This document shows positions 49,438 through 61,589 of a stretch of DNA of 64,000 nucleotides, piece after piece. Under the pieces are notes generated by a model. That model did not search any database, had not been told where the DNA came from, and saw nothing but the letters and a program-made list of their open reading frames with translations. The translations under genes were made by a program, and so were the position numbers. Position 1 is the first letter of the stretch, and every line of letters starts with the position of its first letter. Source of the DNA: Heterodontus francisci (Eukaryota). Location of the stretch: the NCBI RefSeq assembly GCF_036365525.1, contig NC_090388.1, forward strand, positions 61,591,726-61,655,725, given 5' to 3'.

Positions 49438-49824
49438 TTTATTTTTGTTTATTCTATCTTTCCTTGTTTCCTCCTTATCTCTCTTCATTTTACATTTAAT
49501 TATATGTATTTTCCTAACAATCTATTCTACCCTCTTTCCCCTTTGTTTACATTCAAATATTTTAATGGCTTTATCTTTTTTGCCTCACTCGTTCCATCAT
49601 TCATAAATGAAAATATTAAAAGTGATGCCTAAGCTAATGGAATAGGCTCATTGTCTACTTAAATTGTAAAAGACTCCTCTACTACCCATGGCAATGATGG
49701 ATGCAGAGGGTGAACAGGCATCTCTTCTGCCAGCACTGTAATTGCACAAATGGTGGAAACTACATCGCATTTATAACACACCTGGCCATATATGTTGGAC
49801 ACATTGTAAACACTGTTACTCCAT

Positions 49825-50238
49825 GTTAGCTGTGGGCCCAAGTCCCAAAGTGCAGATACTGGAGCACGAAATCCAGGCCAACACTCTAGTGCATTACTGA
49901 GGGAGTGTTCCACCATTAGAGATGCTATCTTTCAGATGAGATATTAAACCAAGTCCTTGTCTGCCCTCTCAGATGGACATAAATGATCCCACAGCACTAT
50001 TTAAAGAGGAAGGGAGTTCTCCCTGATGTCCTGGACAACAATTATTGCACAAGCAGCATCACCAAAATAGATCAGGTCATTATCACATGGTTGTTTGTGG
50101 GAGATTGCTGTGTGCAATTGGCTGCCGCATTTCCTGCATTATAACAGTAACTACACTTCAAAGATAGTTCATTGGCTGTAACACACTTTGGGACATCCTG
50201 ATATCATGAAAGGCGCTACATAAATATAAGGTTTTTTT
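49825..50238 (+). mobile_element. Deu-domain SINE (SacSINE1/AmnSINE-like)
   Basis: B box remnant, Deu core TACTGAGGGAGTG..CTTTCAGATGAGATATTAAACC..GATCCCACAGCACTATTT, L2-type tail TGAAAGGCGCTACATAAAT. Confidence 0.85.
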
Positions 50239-51302
50239 AACTTTTGGCAAAAATCTCCAGAAGTAGTTGATACAGTAGCTCCTGTTTTTACCACCTTTTT
50301 GCCAGGGTCCAGTGTAACCAGTGAAACATCTTAGTCCATAGGTCCAAGGCTCACTGTTTTGTAGCTGTACATGCAGCATCACCACTCACTGTACTGAACA
50401 ACACAAAGAAAGACTGTGATTGACAGCAGAATAATGAACTGCAGGAGTTTAACAACTGCCAGATCCAGGATGCACAGTAGCCTAGATATAGGATAAAACA
50501 CCTCCTCCTCCATCCCATCAGCTGGTCTCCATTTCTAGAAGTGATAGATTAGACAGAGGAAACAGTGAACCATGTGAATACTCAAGGGATAGCAGCAGCT
50601 GAAAAGGCCCAGCTGGGGAGTTAATAATTAATGGTTGAGAGCGACTTGCCTGGTCGGAGTTCATTTGAATCTCATTTAAAATAACTAAATACTTCATCAA
50701 ATGAGCAGGAAGTCTGGCTTTAATTGACAATGTATCACAAGTCAGCCACGTGGGGAATGGAAGCCCTCAGCAGATGCAAGAGCCCTTTTTTCCCCCTTTG
50801 CACGCATGGGTTCTACTCAGTGTGAAAGAATGCATCCAGCATAAGCTCCTTAGCACTAAAATGTTTTAATATTCATACAACGTAACTTAGAAATCTAGCA
50901 GCAGCTGACCAAGAGTTTCAAATAAAGTTTGCATAGCACCAAAGAAAGCCACAATTTAAACAAAGTCTTGAATTTTGGTCTATAGAAAGCAGTTACACTG
51001 GAGCAGCTTGTCATAATTTAAACTGCAGCTATAAGCAAACTCTTATAAAACATAAAATTGTGGTAGAAATTGTAGGGATTTTCCCTCTTGCAGGGCTATT
51101 GTGATGTGTATATCTATTAATACTCTATTATGTTGTCAAATCGGATTGTTGACTCTTTGAACAATTTCACAATCACCGTGCCAAACTGAAATGAAAGCCC
51201 TTGGTCTACAGGGCCTGTATATTGCTTTTACCTATCCAATATCTAGGTCACTTTGTGTCATGTCCAGGGATTTAACAGAATACCCTTGTACTCGACTTAA
51301 AA

Positions 51303-54300
51303 ATTCATTCTGGGGATATGTGCGCACCTGAAAAGCTGACACTCATTGCCCATCCCTAGTTGCCCTGAGAAAGTGGGGGTGGGATGCCTTTTTGAACTCC
51401 TGCAGTTCATGTGATGAAGCTACTCCCACAATGATGTTAGATAGGGAGTTCCAGGAATTTGACCCAGCGATGAAGAAGGAACAGCAATATATGTCCAATT
51501 TGGGGTGGTGTGAGACTTGGAGGGAAACTTGGAGGTGGTGGTAATCCAATGCCCTTGTCCATCTAGGTTGTATAGGTCGAAAGTTTGGGAGGCGCTGTCG
51601 AATCAGCATTGGCAAGTTGCCACAGTGCATTTTGTAGATGGTACACACTGCAGCCATGGTATGCCAGTAGTGGAGGAAGTAGATGTTTAAGGTGGGCTGC
51701 CGATCAAGTAGACTATTTTGTCCTGGATGATGTCGAGCTTCTTGAGTGTTATTGCAGTTACATTCATTCATGCAAGTGGAGAGTATTCTATCATACTCCT
51801 GACTTGTGAGTTGTAGAAAGAAGATGGACAGGCTTTGGGAGTCAGGAGGTGAGATACTTTCTGCAAAATATCTAGCCTCTGACCTGCTGTAGTAGCCACA
51901 GTAATTTTTTTATTCATTCATGGGATGTGGGCATCGCTGTCTAGGCCAGCATTTATTGTCCATCCCTAATTGCCCTTGAGAAGGTGGTGGTGAGCTGCCT
52001 TCTTGAATCGCTGCAGTCCATGGGAGGTAGGTGCACCCATAGTGCTGTTAGGAAGGGAGTTCCAGGATTTTGACCCAGCGGCAGTGAAGGAACGGCAATA
52101 TAGTTCCAAGTCAAGATGGTGTGTGACTTGGAGGAGAACTTGCAGGTGGTGGTGTTCCCATGCATTTGTTGCCCTTGTCCTTCTAGTTGGTAGAGGTCGC
52201 GGGTTTGGAAGGTGCTGTCTAGGGAGCCTTAGTGCATTGCTGCTGTGCATCTTGTAGATGGTACACACTGCTGCCATTGTGCGTCAGTGGTGGAGGGAGT
52301 GAATGTTTGTGGATGGGGTGCCAATCAAGCGGGTTGCTTTGTCCTGGATGGTGTCAAGCTTCTTGAGTGTTGTCGGAGCTGCACCCATCCAGGCAAGTGG
52401 AGAGTATTCCATCACACTCCTGACTTGTGCCTTGTAGATGGTGGACAGGCTCTGGGGAGTCAGCAGGTGAGTTACTCGCCGTAGGATTCCTAGCCTCTGA
52501 GCTGCTGTTGTAGCCACGATATTTATATAGCAACTCCAATTCAGTTTCTGGTCAATGGTAGCCCCTAGGATGTTGATAATGGGGGATTCATCGATGGTAA
52601 TGCCATTGAATGTCAAGGGGAGATGGTTAGATTCTCTCTTATTGGAGATGGTCATTGGCTGGCACTTGTGTGGCGCGAATGTTACTTGCCACTCATCAGC
52701 CCAAGCCTGAATATTGTCCAGGTCCTGCCGCATTTCTACACGGACTGCTTCAGTATCTGAGGAGTCGCGAACGGTACTGAACATTGTGCAATCATCAGCA
52801 AATATCCCCACTTCTGACCTTATGATTGAAGGAAGGTCATTGATGAAGCAGCTGAAGATGATTGGGCCTAGGACACTACCCTGAGGAACTACTGCAGTGA
52901 TGTCCTGGAGCTGAGATGATTGACCTCCAACAACCACAACCATCGTCCTTTGCGCGAGGTATGACTCCAACCAGCAGAGAGTTTTCCCCCTGATTCCCAT
53001 TGACTTCAGTTTTGCTAGGGCTCCTTGATGCCATACTCGGTCAATTGCTGCCTTGATGTCAAGGATGACTCTGACCTTGATGACTCTGACCTCACCTCTT
53101 GAGTTCAGCTCTTTTGTCCATGTTTGAACCAAGGCTGTAATGAGGTTAGGAACTGAGTGTTACTGAGCAGGTTATTGCTAAGCAAGTGCCGCATGATGGC
53201 ACTGTTGATGACACCTTCCATCACTTTACTGATAATTGAGAGTAGGCAGATGGGGGTGGTAATTGGCCGGGTTGGACTTGTCCTGCTTTTTGTATACAGG
53301 ACATACATAGGCAATTTTCCACATTACAGGGTAGATGCCAGTGCTGTAGCTGTACTGAAACAGCTTGGCTAGGGGCACAGCAAGTTCTGGAACACAGGTC
53401 TTCAGTACTATTACCGGAATATTGTCAGGGCCCATAGCCTTTGCAGTATCCAATGCCTTCAGTCATTTCTTGATATCACACGGAGTGAATTGAATTGGCT
53501 GAAGTCTGGCATCTGTGATGCTGGGGACTTCAGGAGGAGGCCGAGATGGATCATCAACTTGGCACTTCTGGCTGAAGATTGTTGCAAATGCTTCAGCCTT
53601 ATCTTTCGCGCTGATGTGCTGGGCTCCCCCATCATTGAGGATGGGGATATATGTGGAGCCACCCTCAGTGCTTCCTCCAAGTGGTGTTCAACATGGAGCA
53701 GTACTGACTCATTAGCTGAGGGAGGGTGGTAGATGGTAATCAGCAGGAGGTTTCCTTGCCCATGTTTGACCTGATGCCATGAGACTTCATGGGGTCTGGA
53801 GTCGATGTTGAGGACTCCCAGGGCAACTCCCTCCCTACTGTATACCATTGTGCCGCCACCTCTGCTGGGTCTGTCCTGCCGGTGTGACAGGACATACCCG
53901 GGGATGGTGATGGCAGTGTCTGGGACATTGTCAGGTATGATTCCTTGAGTATGACTATATCAGGCTGTTGCTTGACTGGGACAGTTCTCATAACTTTGGC
54001 ACAAGCCACCAGATGTTAGTAAGGAGGACTTTGCAGGGTCGACAGGGCTGGGTTTGCCGTTGTCGTTTCCGGTACCTAGATCGATGCCGTCCTGTTTCAT
54101 TCTTTTTTATTGACTTTGTAGCGGTTAGATACAACTGAGTGGCTTGCTAGGCCATTTGAGAGGGCATTTAAGAGTCAACCACATAGCTGTGAGTCTGGTG
54201 TCACATGTAGGCTAGACCAGGTAAGGACAGCAGATTTCCTTCTCTAAAGGACATTAGTGAACCAAATGGGTTTTTACAACAATCGACAATGATTTCATGG

Positions 54301-54870
54301 CCATCATTAAACTAATTTTTAATTTCAGATTTATTAAATCCAAATTCCACCTCTGCTGTGGTGGGATTTGAACCCATACCCCCAGAGCAATACCCTGGGT
54401 CTCTAGGTTACTAGTCCAGTGACAATATCACTATGCCACCACCTGGTGTCTGGTCCTGCTGGTGTCTGGTCAATGGTGACCCCCGAGGATGTTGATGGTG
54501 GGGGATTCAACAATGGTAATGCCGTTGAATATCATGGGGAAGATGGTTGATTCTCTCTTGTTGGAGATGGTCATTGCCTGGCACTTGGGAAGCACGAATA
54601 GTACTTGCACTTATCAGCCCAAGCCTGGGTGCTGTCCAACTCTTGCTGCTTGTGCGCATGGGCTGCTTCTGAGGAATTATGAATGGAGCTCAACACTGTG
54701 CAACCATCAGCAAACATTCCCATCTCTGGTCCTATGATGGAGGGAAGGAGGTCATTGATGAAGCAGCTGCAGTGTGTTTGCCCCAAGACACCATCCTGAG
54801 GAACTCCTGCAGTGATTGGCTGGGACTGAGATGATTGGCTTCCAACAACAACAACCATCTCCCTTTGGCT
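51303..54870 (-). mobile_element. Old LINE-B copy (51303-51904 and 54445-54870) split by a younger copy of the same family
   Basis: ..GTAGCCACAGTA| and |..CTGGTCAATGGTGACCCCC are nearly adjacent in the collinear young copy (52510-52565). Confidence 0.85.
51905..54443 (-). mobile_element. LINE-B with 5' end: tRNA-like head, ~430-bp UTR, APE endonuclease (internally deleted) and RT; no ORF1
   Basis: A box TGGCATAGTGA (54438-54428), B box GGTTCAAATCC (54374-54364); EN motifs QPDIVIL.ESYL, IPGYVLSHRQDR..RGGG, LLITIYHPPS; RT ORF 52284-53132; 3' tail at 51905-51975. Confidence 0.9.
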
Positions 54871-55529
54871 AACTGGTTATAACCCATGCCCTGATCTGAT
54901 CTTCCTAGACTTCAGAAGGCTGTAGAATAAACACTTCATTAAAATATAGTATCGGCATTAGCTGCCAAACCAATTTACTTTCAGAATATTTCCTTGTTTG
55001 GTTAGTAATTATTGATAACTACTACATCTCATCTTGTAATTGCAAACTTGCACCTCAGAACCGAGAATCCCTAATATAAAAGGAGATTAAAGAGCAGCTA
55101 ATATGGTTGCATTTCGCCTTCACAGTACAGTGGCTAATGTTCATCAAAAATCATAGCATTTTTAGAATATGAAGCAGGTTGAAGGTTACAAGGATCAAAT
55201 AACAAAAATCAGGATTGTTCCTGGTGAGTATCCTGAAGAAAAAGAAGGAACAACTGCTTACATCATTTCTCCAACGTTTCTCTGGTCTTCTGACAGAGTT
55301 ACAGTGGGTGATCTGAAGCAGCTCCCAGGCATTCTCCAATCTGAAAAATTCAGCTCGCACACCCAAATATAACATCCACTTCCATACATGTTTGAATTCA
55401 ATCATTTGCTCTCTCTTTAAATATTGAATTCAATCTGCCCAGAATGTTCCTGCCATTGTTGACCTTTTTATACAGGTAATTGATCACAAGGTGTATTCCC
55501 AGCAATCTATCATCAGCTGGTAGTTACAT

Positions 55530-55665
55530 GCAGCACACTTTCCAGCAGGAATCACTGGATACTGATCCAGAGCCAGAACAGTGACCTTGCCTGAGGCCAG
55601 TGGTAGTACTATTTCCTTGGACGAAATCAGCTAACTCAGTAAAGACCAAGAATCAAACCTTTTAT
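55530..55665 (-). mobile_element. Old SINE-like repeat (family X), 5' part
   Basis: Minus strand GGTTTGATTCT (B box-like) then GGTCTTTACTGAGTTAGCTGA, as at 7211 and 48375. Confidence 0.45.
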
Positions 55666-56774
55666 TGTTTGTGTCTCACAGATCTTTTTTCTCAATAATA
55701 ATGCTGAGCTGCAAGCATTCCTTTTGGATCAATAAGATGTGGAATATACAAAAACTACTCAGAATCGATGCTACAAACTGTCTCCCAAAATTAATCCGTG
55801 TGGGTTTCCTGCCTCCGTTGGCATGACATTAGCAAGACAACAAAGAGCTGGCAGAGGGTTGCAAGGCAGTAATTCAGGCAAGTCGGAATGACGATGATGT
55901 CATAAGCCAGGAACACAAAGCTCAAGCTGTTTATAAACTTCATCACAGCCCGTGACTGAATTACTGTCTCATAACTAATTGCCAGCTGTTTGTTATTCTT
56001 TATAATATATATAGTTTATTTTTAACATGTTTAATAGCTCTTATTTTTATGTGGCATACAGTAAGAGCATAGCATGATGTACACATTAGGCTGGTAGCAT
56101 ATTCCATGGCAACTATTTTATACAAAATGTCCAGGACGGTGAATACTTTTGTTTGGGTCATTTAACAGTTGGCTAGCTTACCAATTCCTTTCTCCTTTCT
56201 CCAACTCCATTTACTATATACTCTCTGCCCTGCGACCAATACTGAGCATCTTCTACTCCTATCACCATATTTCATTCTTGGTGGGTCACATCTTCTATTC
56301 CCACTACATTTATTACATTTGTTGGGATTGTCCTTCTGTTGCCAATCAGCGTAAAGTTACATAACACAAAGAATTGGTGATAAAACTATTCTGATAATAA
56401 CGATACTTTGTATTAGGACAGGATGGAACAGTGCTGTGGGAGGATATTTTACAGACACTCACAAAGATAACTTGCGGGGCTAAATTTGATAGCCCCGAAA
56501 ATGGGTGTGGGGATCATGATGTGCAATCCACCTATGCCTGGTAATTGCAATGCGGGCAGCATGCCAACTTCATTGTGCTTGCTCAGTTCAATGATTTCGG
56601 TGTTCAGCCAGTGCTAACAATTGGATTGGCTGGACACAACAGCAAGAGGCCAATGTCATGAGTGGCTAGCAACACTTCAAGCTAGGTTGCACTCCTTAAA
56701 GGGGAAGTGCATTGTGGCTGGAGCAGGTGCTGGTAGTCATGCAGGAAGTGAATCTGACTGGGAAACACTGGGGA

Positions 56775-58957
56775 ATGGCACGAGGTGGGAGAGAGTGGGC
56801 TCCAACGTTTTGAAACGTGGTACTAGAGGCCTTGGTGGAGGAGGTAGAAAGGTGGTGAGATGTCCTACATTTGCAGGATGGCAGGAGGGCCTCCAAATAC
56901 ACGCTCAGAAGGTAGTGGAGTCGATAGCTATGGAGGTCAGTGCCAGGAGTCAAACACCGAGGACATGAGTGGTCAGGGTCAGTGAATGCATCTTCAAATG
57001 CCATATCCTACCAACTGCACAATTCACCACACCCCTAGCACTCACCTACCAACAATATCAATTGGGACACATAACTAACATTCATACACTTCATCACACC
57101 CTCACACATTTAGCACTGCTACAAGCCTCATATGCACAGCTCACAGCTTGCACACACAGCCAGCTATTCAACTATAACAGCCACATCCCCCAGACATATT
57201 ACACCCAACAGTCATCGACACGCTTCTTGCAGAACAAGGTGGCGCACAACCGGAGGTAGCATGATCTAACCGGAGAGAGATAGGCGCAGCTGCACGTCCT
57301 CACCACCATGGAGGAGATGGTGCTTGCCATCATTGGGATGCTCATTGCTGAGACCTTGGCCACTGGCGGGGCTGAAGCCATCGAAGATGACAGTATCCTC
57401 ATACCTAATCCTCCTTCTCATATCCCACACTCTCTTTTCTGATTTACAAGCTGCAGATGGCGTAAGCATGCCCCTCTTACTCCACCTCCCCCCCCCAACC
57501 CCGCACAACCTTACCCTTGAGCCTTTCGCCTGGACAGAGAGTAGAGGAACAGCAGAAAGACAGTGATAATGTAGACACACCATCACCCGATTTCCCACTC
57601 AGCCACCAGCTCAGAAAATGATCCTGTGTGCATGCGGTGAGACACCAGGCACAAGTGGGCTGCAGCCAGGGCAGGAGGCAAGGGTAGTACAGATACCAGC
57701 TCGTCAGTGGGTGAGGGTGCACGAGAGATCTGCAGCAGAGGACTCAGATAAGCATTTCAATGGGGCAGGCTACAGAAGGATGCTGGCAGGTATGCACACT
57801 GAAATGCTTGGTGCATTGGCAAGTTTGCCATCAATGACAAGGAACATGGAGGAGTCCAGTACCAACTTGGCACAGGGCTTTAAACAGAGCTTGGAGCCCA
57901 TCCTTTCCAGCATAAAGTGGTGGCCAACTCCGTTTGCACACTTGTGAACCCAACCATGATGCAGTGTCTGATAGCCCATGTTGCAGCTTCCATTGCAGCA
58001 CAAGCAGCAGCCAACCAAAGTCTGAGTGCTGCAGTGGAAACTCAGTCTGAGGTCGTGCAAGATCAGCTTGCTGCCAGGCAAGCTCAGACTGCTACCATCA
58101 TGGCTATGGATTACAGTGAGTAAAGGGGCTCACAGCAGTCCAGCCATCTCCCCTCCAACAGATTACTAGAATTAGAGGCCTGCTACCCGACCCGAACCCG
58201 ACGGGACCCAACGACATGCGTCGGGTTCGGGTTGGGTCGGGCCCATCTTCCGGGGCCGGCTTTCAGGCTCGGGTGGGGTCGGGCTGAGTCCAGATCGAGT
58301 CAGGTCGGGTCGGGCCGGACACACACGGTAAGTGCTCTGCTGGTAAGTATTAAAAATTTTAAAAACCTACCCGAGCTGGGAGTCCAGGACTAAACTGACT
58401 CTGCGCAGTGATCGAGTGATGTCACAATGACGTCTCGCGCATGCGCTGCAACTTCTTGCAGGTTCGATGTCCGGAAGGTAAGTAAACAGATGGTCGGGTC
58501 GGGCCGAGTAGTGGCAGGTTCGGGTTGGGTCGGGCTCTGGCCCACTGTGGTTCGTTCGGGTTCAGGTCGGGTTCTTTTTCCCGACCTAAAGCAGGCCTCT
58601 AACTAGGATTGCTGCGGCACTGTCCAAGGGATTGGCAGTGGTTTCATCGAGCACAAACCTGCTGTGCTGTCTCCAGAAGACAAGTATTCATACTCCCTCC
58701 CCTGCCACCCTTGTTGTTGCCCGCCAGCCAGGCAGCCCGGACTGCTACCCTAGCTGAGATGGTGCTGTCCACAGCCAGGCCTTCTAGGCCCAAAGCTACT
58801 TGAGGTCTTCCTCAAAGGCCATCTGCAGTCTCCCCCACTGAAAGTCAGCAGACTTCCACCAGCCACGCTGCAGCCAATGGGGTAGCACTGAGTAGAAGCA
58901 CTAGGAAGGCAAAGCACCTGGAAGACGGTCACTAAGGGAATGCAGAAAGGTGATTAG
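56775..58957 (+). pseudogene. Harbinger Myb/SANT-like gene relic (spliced, with stops)
   Basis: MARGGREWAPTF*NVVLEALVEEVER; TTGCAG|NKVAHNRR exon at 57233; Ala/Gln-rich coiled-coil-like last exon. Confidence 0.7.
58173..58601. mobile_element. hAT-type MITE (429 bp)
   Basis: 12-bp TIR TAGAGGCCTGCT/AGCAGGCCTCTA; 8-bp TSD ACTAGAAT (58165-58172) / ACTAGGAT (58602-58609); many CCCGA/TCGGG subterminal repeats. Confidence 0.9.
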
Positions 58958-59117
58958 TTGACATTTGTATGCAATATGGCATTATTTCATTTATAAACTT
59001 GGTTTGGAGTGTGATGGCTTTTATTTTTGCACTATGGCCAAGCAGATGCTGTGATGGTCCGTGAGAGAGGGAAGATAAGCTATGGGGCTGCTGGTGAATG
59101 GAGAATTGGGGTTGCGT

Positions 59118-60375
59118 TTACAGTTATCACACTCAGTTGAGTTTTTCACAGACAGCCCAGCCAGGAAGGGTCTGTGCAGGTTGTCTCCTCCCTTCCTCTT
59201 TCTCATGCTGCTGCTTCTCAGCTGCTCGCCGTATAGCTGGATGCAAGGGCTGTCTCCTCATAATGCCCAGATTGTGCAGCGGTCCACACAGTGGAACATT
59301 GTTTAAGCACTCCAATGGTCTGCTTGATCATATTTCATGTGGCAACATGACTTTTATTGAACACATGCGATGCACATGTGCATGGATTGCTATGTGGTCA
59401 GACCTCGTCACCCGTAGCTACCCTTTGGTTTGCCTGGTGGCTTAAATGCAGATGGCATAGCGGACAGCCACAGAATGAAGGCATCATAACTGCTACCAGG
59501 ATACTGGGCATTTACCTGCATGATTAGCTGCCTATAATCACACATCAGCTGAATGTTGAAGGAGTGGAATCCCTTTCGGTTTGGTGTAGGGAAGAGTTGA
59601 CATGAAGAGCAGGGTTTTAGGCCCACGTGGCAGGTAGCCAATTGTTAAGCCCACTTAAAGGAAGTCAACTGGGATTTTTCAATTGGCCTCCAGTTTCCCG
59701 CACTTTCAGGCAGACCAGGGATCCAGTGCTCCAAGCAGGCCTAGATGCCCTTCCTGTCTGAGTGTGGGTGCAGTCATAGGCCACCACCTTGCCCGACCAC
59801 AGTGGTGACCCAGCCATCAAAATCCCAATGAGTGACTGTTTTGCGCCCCGTAGGGAAAATCCAGCCTGAGGTGTCTGCAAAGCAACGTGCACCATGGAGA
59901 AGCCTGCAATCATAGCGAAGCTGTGTGTCAGCTCCGTCTGCTGGTTTCTGGCAAGAGAAATGAAATTTAGTCAGCTCTCATTGAATACAGTGACATCCCT
60001 TATGCAACAGTGGACGGCAAACTGCGAAATGTTGCAAATATCTCCAGCTCCAACATGGAAGGAGTCGGACACATACAAGTTCATCACCACGGTGACCTTT
60101 AATGCCACTAACAATGCCATCCTTGCCCTACTCTGAAGTTGCAGTTGTGGCTGCAGCAAGTGGCAGATTTCAGTGAAGACTTCCTTGCTGAAGCACAGAG
60201 TTCACGTGTTGTTCCCCACTGGGGCTCAGGTAGAAGAATTGCTCCCTGAACACCCTGGGCAGATGTGGTCTCCTGCTGATATCCCTCCTCTCCCTCACTT
60301 TTCCAGTAGCTTGTCCTGCTCTGCTATTCTCCAAGTCTATTCTAAGGGAAAGGCCTACTAGTGCTTGGAGCAACT
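59118..60375 (-). pseudogene. Harbinger DDE transposase relic
   Basis: PRVFREQFFYLS, LQPQ..LKVTVVMNLYVSDSFH..DICNISQFAVHCCIRDVT, NRKGFHSFNIQLMCD..AQYPGSSYDAFIL, LHNLGIMR. Confidence 0.85.
59585..59866. mobile_element. Partial Harbinger-type MITE inside the transposase relic
   Basis: Non-coding GC-rich insert ending GAAAATCCAGCC (same TIR as the other MITEs) interrupts the frame between GFSMVHVAL and NRKGFHS. Confidence 0.6.
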
Positions 60376-61004
60376 GGTTTGTGCAGAAGCCTTGGAGTCC
60401 ACAACTGCCACATCACCCCCTGTAGACTTTTGCAACTTGAAATAACTATAGAAAGCACTAAACACGCAGGGAGGAATTTTATGGGCCCTGCAAGAGCAGG
60501 GTGATTTAATTAGGCGTGAGCTGATATTTTGATTTGTCAAAGGCATTTTTTTTGTGAGATTAAGTCAGTGGCATGTTAAAGGCAAGTCGGGATTTACCCC
60601 ATCCTGTGGCGGATCCCAGCTTTCCATATATTTGCATAGCATGAATACTCATTACTTAATAGATATTTCAAATTAAGTCCCACCTGCCACATTAAGTCAG
60701 TGGTGAACGGGAATCTTGTGGCACCCGATTTACATTTGTTTTAAGGTGGTGTGCACTAGTTGGCTTTGTGAAGTTGTGTCTGAGGTCAGTGGTTTTATTT
60801 CCTGAACTCTTTGGCACAAAGAAGGCCAACATTGGAATAGATGTTTGGCTCCAGTCTCAGGACCAGCAAGGGCGATTGCTTTGTGGTGGTGGCATGGAAG
60901 GGATGCGGGAGGAGGTACAGGGTTGGGTATTGGGTGGGGGGAGGTGCGGGGGAGGGTATGGTATAGCGTTCAGGGTGTGTACTGGGTGTTTTCTTTACTG
61001 CTGT

Positions 61005-61145
61005 TGGGTGGGAATTCCAGAGCTTAGGGCCTCGGCAGCTGAAAGCACTGCCGCCAATGATGGAGTGATTAAAATAGGGAATGCACAAGAGGCTAGAGTT
61101 GCAGTAGAGAAAAGATCTGGGAGCATTGTAGGTCTGGAGGTGTTT
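61005..61145 (-). mobile_element. L2 fragment
   Basis: LCIPYFNHSIIGGSAFSCRGPKLWNS, same motif as 8800-8850. Confidence 0.7.
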
Positions 61146-61589
61146 ACAGAGAAAGGGAGTATAAAAATACAAATATTAGTAGAAAATCAGAATTCACTCC
61201 ATTGTTAATATCTATAATCTATGGAGATTTAACCTAAAGAGAGAGCAGGAAGGAAGGAAAGAATGTGGAAGCAGAAAGTTAACATAAATATATTTTGCAC
61301 ATCTATGGCATTCCAATTAGTTGTATGTTCTGTCATGCTCAATGATGTGAAGTTCTGACTGGTATTACCCTGCCATATTCTGGCTGACAGGGATGATTTT
61401 TCTGAAACACAGCTTTCAGCTTAATCACAGTGACACTGACTCCAAGTGAAGCCCTGTACAGTAGTTCAGTGTTCAGGCAGCCTCATTAAATGGAAGTCTC
61501 CGTTAGAGCTTCAGTGCTGGGGGCTCAGCTCCTGCTTTCCTGTAAATGTAAAAATGTAGGGGTCATGGTTTGAATCATTCTCCTCCTAC

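Larger units (their letters stand above)
56476..60600. mobile_element. PIF/Harbinger transposon 3 (two-gene, decayed), opposite orientation to elements 1 and 2
   Basis: Left end GGGGCTAAATTTGATAG is similar to the reverse complement of the Harbinger 1 right end; Myb relic on +, transposase on -; right end approximate. Confidence 0.75.

Noticed and set aside
54364-54443. tRNA gene
   Set aside because: A and B boxes are present but I could not fold a cloverleaf, and it is the 5' end of a retroelement; the same applies to 6100-6173, 30961-31040 and 46740-46808
56180-56340. Minus-strand open frame ending at a GTAAGC donor
   Set aside because: Peptide unrecognised, acceptor weak, and purine-rich composition suggests a decayed LINE fragment
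58185-58590. CRISPR-like or satellite array
   Set aside because: Irregular 5-6 bp motifs inside TIRs, with no constant repeat-spacer period; eukaryotic context
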